Source of the DNA: Thermoanaerobaculia bacterium
GTDB lineage: Bacteria; Acidobacteriota; Thermoanaerobaculia; Multivoradales; UBA5704
Reading direction: 5' to 3'
DNA length: 15,871 nucleotides
Assembly: GCA_044226625.1 (NCBI GenBank)
Contig: JBGAGQ010000100.1
Location: 1 to 15,871, forward strand
This document shows, in pieces, positions 9,801 to 15,800 of this stretch. The first letter of the stretch is position 1. Each line of letters starts with the position of its first letter. The translations under genes and the position numbers were made by a program. Under the pieces are notes generated by a model. It saw nothing but the letters and a program-made list of their open reading frames with translations. It was not told the origin of the DNA and searched no databases.

Positions 9801-12800
9801 AGGGCATCCCGCAGATCTCCGTCGAGATCGCGTCCGACCCAAGCCGCTCGTCGTCTCGCCGCGCCTTCCAGCAATCCCGCCGGCCGGTCGAACGGCAGCT
9901 CGAGCCGCTCCGGCGCGCCGCGCAGAGTCTCGCGCCACCAAGAAAGCTCGGCCTCGTAACGCGCGCCGGAGAGAACTTCCCGCTGCCAGGCCGCCCAATC
10001 CGAATAGGCCATCGGCAGCACGGCGAACCGCGCCGGCCGGCGCTCGATCGCCGCGGCGTAGGCCTCCGCAAACTCGCGCGAGAAGATCGCCGTCGACCAG
10101 CCGTCGGTCGCGACATGGTGGAAAGAGAACAGCGCATCGAAAGCGCCCCGTCCGCGCACGACGAGCGCCGGGCGGAAGAGCGGCCTGCGCGCGAGGTCGA
10201 AAGGCCGACGGCCGAAAGAGCGGGCGATGCGCGTGGCCTCCCGCTCCTCGATCCCGTCGGCAGCGAGCCGTCCGAGGTCGACCGTCGACAGGCGGCGGGC
10301 CTCGCGCTCCGGCGGCGCGATCTCGGCAACCGGAGCCGGATCGGCGGCGACGATTCGCGACCGCAGCGGCTCGTGGCGCGCGACGACCGTCGCCACCGCC
10401 GCACCGAGCGCCGAGAGGTCCAAGGAGCCCGAGAGCGTCAACCGGAAGCCGACGTTGTACGTCGCCCGCCCGGGCTCCAGGCGATCCAGAAACCAGAGAC
10501 GCTCCTGTGCGAAAGAGAGCGGCGCGCGGTTGCCCCGGCGCTCCGCGCGCTCGAGCGGACGTTGCGCCGTCACAGGATCCCGAAGGGCGTCCGATCGACC
10601 GTCAATCCGGGCGGCGATCTCGGCCACCGTTCCGGCGACGAACAGCTCCGAGAGCGGCAGCTCGACCTCGAACGCGCGGCGAAGGCGTGAGGCGAGCTGG
10701 GTCGCGAGCAGCGAATGGCCGCCGAGCGCGAAGAAGTCGGACTCCGCACCGATCGGCCCGACGTCTCTCGTTCCGTCGCGCGAAAGCAGCTCGGCAAACG
10801 CACCCGCGACGATCTCCTCGGTCGGCGTCCGCGGCGGCACGTGGCGCGTCGCGCTCTCGACCGCCGCCGGTTCGGGAAGCATCTTTCGATCGACTTTTCC
10901 CGTGGCGGTCTTCGGCCACTCCGGAATCTCGACGAACGCCGCGGGGATCATGAAATCGGGCAGGCGGCCGGCGAGGAAGCGGCGCAACTCGTCGCTCGAT
11001 GGCAGCGGACCGCTCACACCCTCCGCCCTCGGGCGCCACCACGCGATCAGCCGGAGGTCACTGGACGCACCACGGGCAAGGACGATCGCCTCCATGATCC
11101 GCGGATGCGCCGAAAGCGCCGCCTCGATCTCCCCCGGCTCGATTCGGATGCCGCGGATCTTGATCTGATGGTCCAGCCGGCCGAGGAACTCGAACGCCTC
11201 GCCGTCGACCCGCCGCGCGCGGTCGCCGGTCCAGTAGACGCGCGCTCCCGGCTCGCTGGAAGTGCCGTCGGGACGGAAGCGCTCCGCGGTGAGATCGGGA
11301 CGGCCGAGATAGCCGCGCGCGAGCAGACCGCCCAGCAGCAGCTCTCCGCGTCCGTCGCGCGGCAGCGGCGCGCCCGACGAATCGGCGACGTAGCCCGATC
11401 GATGCGGCAGCAGCCGTCCCACCGGAACCGTCGCTCGGCCGCCCAGCTCCTCGATTCGGACCTCTTGGAGCGTGGCGTCGATCACCGTCTCCGTCGGCCC
11501 GTAACCGTTCCAAAGGACGGGCGGCTCGGCGCTCGCGCGTAGGAGCCGCGCAAACCGTCCCGCCGCAGCGGCCCCCATCGCCTCGCCGCCGACGATCACG
11601 GAACGAAGTGTCGACGGGAGCGCCGCGCTCTCCGGATCGGACCATCCCCATTCGTTCCAGATCGCCGTCGAGATGTGCGCCTGGGTGATGCGCAGGCGCC
11701 CCAACCAATCGGAGAGCTCGGCGGGTGCCGGCAGCACGGGGCCGCGGACGACGAGCGTCCCGCCCGAGGTGAGCGCGATGCCGATCTGCTCCATCGAGAC
11801 GTCGAAGCTCGCGGCGGCGAATTGCAGGATGCGCTCGCTCCGCCCCATCCGGTACGCCCCCACCATGGCGGCGAGGTGCACGGCCGCCTCGGCATGGGCG
11901 ACACCGACCCCTTTCGGCGTTCCCGTAGAGCCGGAGGTGTAGAGGATGTAGGCGAGGTTCTCGGGAAGCGCGGGCGTCGGCGCGGCCTCAGGCCCCGGCT
12001 CGAGCGGCGTGCCCTCGTGAGAGAGCAAAAGTGGCCTGACGCGTTGTGTTTCGATGAGGTCAGGCGCCGCCGCGCTCAGCTCGTGCCACAGCTCGTCGCG
12101 CGTGATCAGCGCCACGACCCCCGCGTCCCGCAACAGCAGCGCGCGACGCTCGACCGGCAGCTCCGGATCGACCGGCAGGTAACAGGCACCGGCCTTCCAG
12201 ATCGCCCACACCGCGAGCGGCCGGTCGACCGACCATTCGAGCGACACGCCGACCACCCGCTCCGGCCCGGCACCGAGCGCCGCCAACCGGTGCGCGATGC
12301 CCTCGGCGAGCGCGTCGACCTCGCGCCAGGTAGCGCGCCGCGCGGGCTCGTGCTCCGATTCGAGGGCCCAATCGTCGGGACGCTCGCGCGCGTTGCGAGC
12401 GAGGAAGTCCGGTAAGAGGAGGGTCGAGCGGCGCGACGCCTCCGGAACGCCCTCGATGAGTAGCTGATGCCGCTCCTCCCGCGAAATCAGCTGGGCATCC
12501 AGCAGGGGAATCTCGGGCCGCTCGGCCATCTCCCGTAACATCGCCTCGAAGCCCGAGAGCAGACGCGCACCGGTCGCCGGATCGTAGAGGTCGAGATCGA
12601 TCTCGAGGCGGATCGAATAGCGCTCCCCACCGGGCTCCGGAATCGGTGAAACCCCGACGCCCAGGTCGACTTTCGGCCCGCCGCCGTGAAGTGGCACGAT
12701 CCGCGTCTTGACCCCCGGCAGCTTTGCCGTCTCCGGTACGTTTTGGACCACGAGCGAAGTCGAGAAGATCGGCGGCGCGCCGCTTCCTCGAGCGCCGGGA

Positions 12801-15800
12801 AGCTCGGCAACCAGCCGTTCGAACGGAAAGTCCTGATGCGCATACGCGGCCAAAGCGATGGTGCGCGCTGACGCAACGAGCTGGTCGAGTGAGTCCTCTA
12901 GGCGCGCCTGAATCCGCAACGGCAGCGAGTTGACGAAGAAGCCGATCAGGCCCTCGGTTTCGGCCCGATTGCGGTTCGCAACCGGGGTGCCGATCACCAG
13001 GTCGGCGCCCGCGCCGAGGCGCGAGAGTAGCCCCGCCCAACCGGCGAGCAGGACCATGAATGGAGTGGCACCCGCCGCGCGCGCTCGCGCTTCGAGAGCG
13101 GCCGTCCGCTCGACCGACAGCTCGCGAAAGACGAGATGCGACGTCGGGTGAATCCGTCGCGCCGGCCGCGGACGGTCGGCGGGAAGCTCCGGAACCTCGG
13201 GGGCGCCCTCTAGGTGCTCGCGCCACCACGAAAGCTCGCGCTCGTAGACCTCGCCCGCGAGCCAACGGCGCTGCCAGATCGCGAAATCCGCGTACGCGAT
13301 GGGGAGCGGAGGAAGGATCGGACGCGTCGTCGGGAAGGCCCCGCGCCGATCGACCGCGGCCGTATAGAGCGCCACCAACTCCTTCGAGAAGAGCGCCATC
13401 GACCAACCGTCAGTAGCGATGTGGTGGAACGAAAACACCAGCTCACACGAGCCAGCGCCGAGCGAGACGTGCGCTCCCGCGACCACGGGACCTCGTGCCA
13501 GATCGAACGGTCGTTTTCCAAACGACCCCGCTGCGCGGGCGGCTTCTTCCCGGACGGTCGACTCGGGAAGGGCGCCGAGATCGATCCGCGAGAGCGGGAA
13601 CGGCACTCCGTACGCTGGGGCGATCTCTTGTCGCGGAGTGCCGTCGAGCGTTGGAAACGACGTCCGAAGCGGCTCATGCCGAGCAACGATCTCGCCGAGC
13701 GCCACCGTGAGAGCCGAAACGTCGAGATCGCCCTCCACCTGGAGCCGAAAGCCGATCTGATACGTCGAGCTTCCCGGATCCAGACGGTCGAGGAACCAAA
13801 GCCGTTCCTGCGCGAACGAAAGAGGAATCAACGCGGGGCGTTCGACACGGACCAGGGGAGGCGCCTGCGCGACGCCAGAAGCCGCCTCGATCCTCTCGGC
13901 GATCTGAACGACTGTCGAGCCCGAAAAAAGCTCAGCGAGGGGAAGCTCGATTCCGAACGTCTTCCGAATCCGGGACGCGAGCTGCGTCGCGAGCAGCGAA
14001 TGACCGCCCAGCGCGAAGAAGTCGGCCTCGGCACCCACATCGGAAGCTCCGAGAAGCTCCCCGAACATCCCCGCGACGATCTCCTCTGTCGGCGTGCGCG
14101 GTGCGATTCTCTCGACCGTCTCTTGAATCGCAGGATCCGGCAGAGCGCGCCGGTCGATCTTGCCCGAAGGAGAAAGCGGCCACTCGTCGACCTCGACGAT
14201 CGCCGCCGGCACCATGTATTCGGGCAACCGGCCCTTGAGGAACGAACGCAGCTCGGCGGAGTCTCGAAGCCCGACACCGTCGAGGCTTCGCACCCAGGCG
14301 ATCAGGCGCTTGCCGGTCCCCGGCGATTCGCGCGCCAGCACGATCGCTTCTTTGATCTCCGGATGCGCTTCGAGCGCCGCCTCGATCTCGCCCGGCTCGA
14401 TGCGGAAGCCTCGGATCTTGATCTGCTGATCGAGCCGGCCCAGATAGTCGAAGCTGCCGTCGCCCCGCTGCCGGACGCGGTCGCCGGTTCGATACAGCCT
14501 CTCGCCGTCTTTGTCGGTAAGGGGGTTGGGGCGGAATCGCTCGGCGGTCAGGTCCGGCCGATCGAAATACCCTCGCGCGAGCAAACCTCCCAGCACCAGC
14601 TCGCCGATCCCCCCCGTTGGCGCCAGGCGATCCTCCCCGTCAACCACATAGCCGGTTCTATTGGGCAGCAATCGACCGATCGAAACCGAGCCCGATTCCG
14701 AAAGGCGCCCAAAACCGAGGTCGTAACAGGATGCGGTGACCACCGTCTCCGTCGGCCCATAGCCGTTGAGAACGACGGGCGGGCCTTCCATCTCCTCCAG
14801 GCGCCGCCGAAACCGTTCGGCCGCTGCGGGCGCCATCGCCTCGCCCCCGACGATCACGAGGCGCAACGCGCGGGGCAGCGGCTCTTGCGACCAGGTCCAC
14901 TCGCTCCAAACCGCCGTCGGCAGATTCGCCACCGTGAGGCCGAGCCGTCCGATCCAAGCCGAAATCTCCAACGGGTTCGGCATCTCCGGCCCGCGCACCA
15001 CCAACGTCCCACCACTCGCCAACGCCACGCCCACCTGTTCCATCGAAACGTCGAAGCTCGCCGAGGCAAACTGCACCAACCGGTCGCCCTCATCCATCCG
15101 ATAGAAATCCGACGCCGCAGCAAAGTGTCCCACCGCATGCCGGTGGCTGACTCCCACACCTTTTGGAATCCCCGTCGACCCCGACGTATAGATCAGATAC
15201 GCAAGGTTTTCCGCCACCACCGATCGAGGCCGCTCTTCCGGTCCGAAATCCCCAACCTCCGGAAGCCCATCCTCCTTACTGAGAAGAAGCGGCGCCACCC
15301 GTCCGTGCCACCCCTCCCACTCCGACGTCAGGTCCTCCCAGTAGGCACTCCTCCCCACTACGGCAACAGCTCTGGAATCCACCACCAACAATCTTCGTCT
15401 CTCGACGGGAAGCTCCGGGTCGATCGGCAGATAACAACCGCCCGCCTTCCAGATCGCGATCATCGCGAGCACTCGATCGACCGACCGCTCGATCGAAACC
15501 CCCACGACCTTTTCCGGGCCTACACCCAACCCGGCAAGTCTGCGCGCCACACTCTCGGTGTGCGCATCCAACTCCGCCCACGAATACCGCCGCCCCGGCT
15601 CGTGCTCCGACTCCAAAGCCAGCGCATCCGGCCGCTCGCGAGCCCACCGCCGCACGAAGTCGTGAATGACCCGCCCGGGCAACTCCTCCCCGCCCTCATT
15701 CCATTCATAGAGCAGTTGATGCCGCTCCGCCCGCCCCAGAAGCTCGGCTTCAGCGAGCAGCCGCTCCGGGGCCTCCGTCAACTCCCAGGCCATTCGCTCG

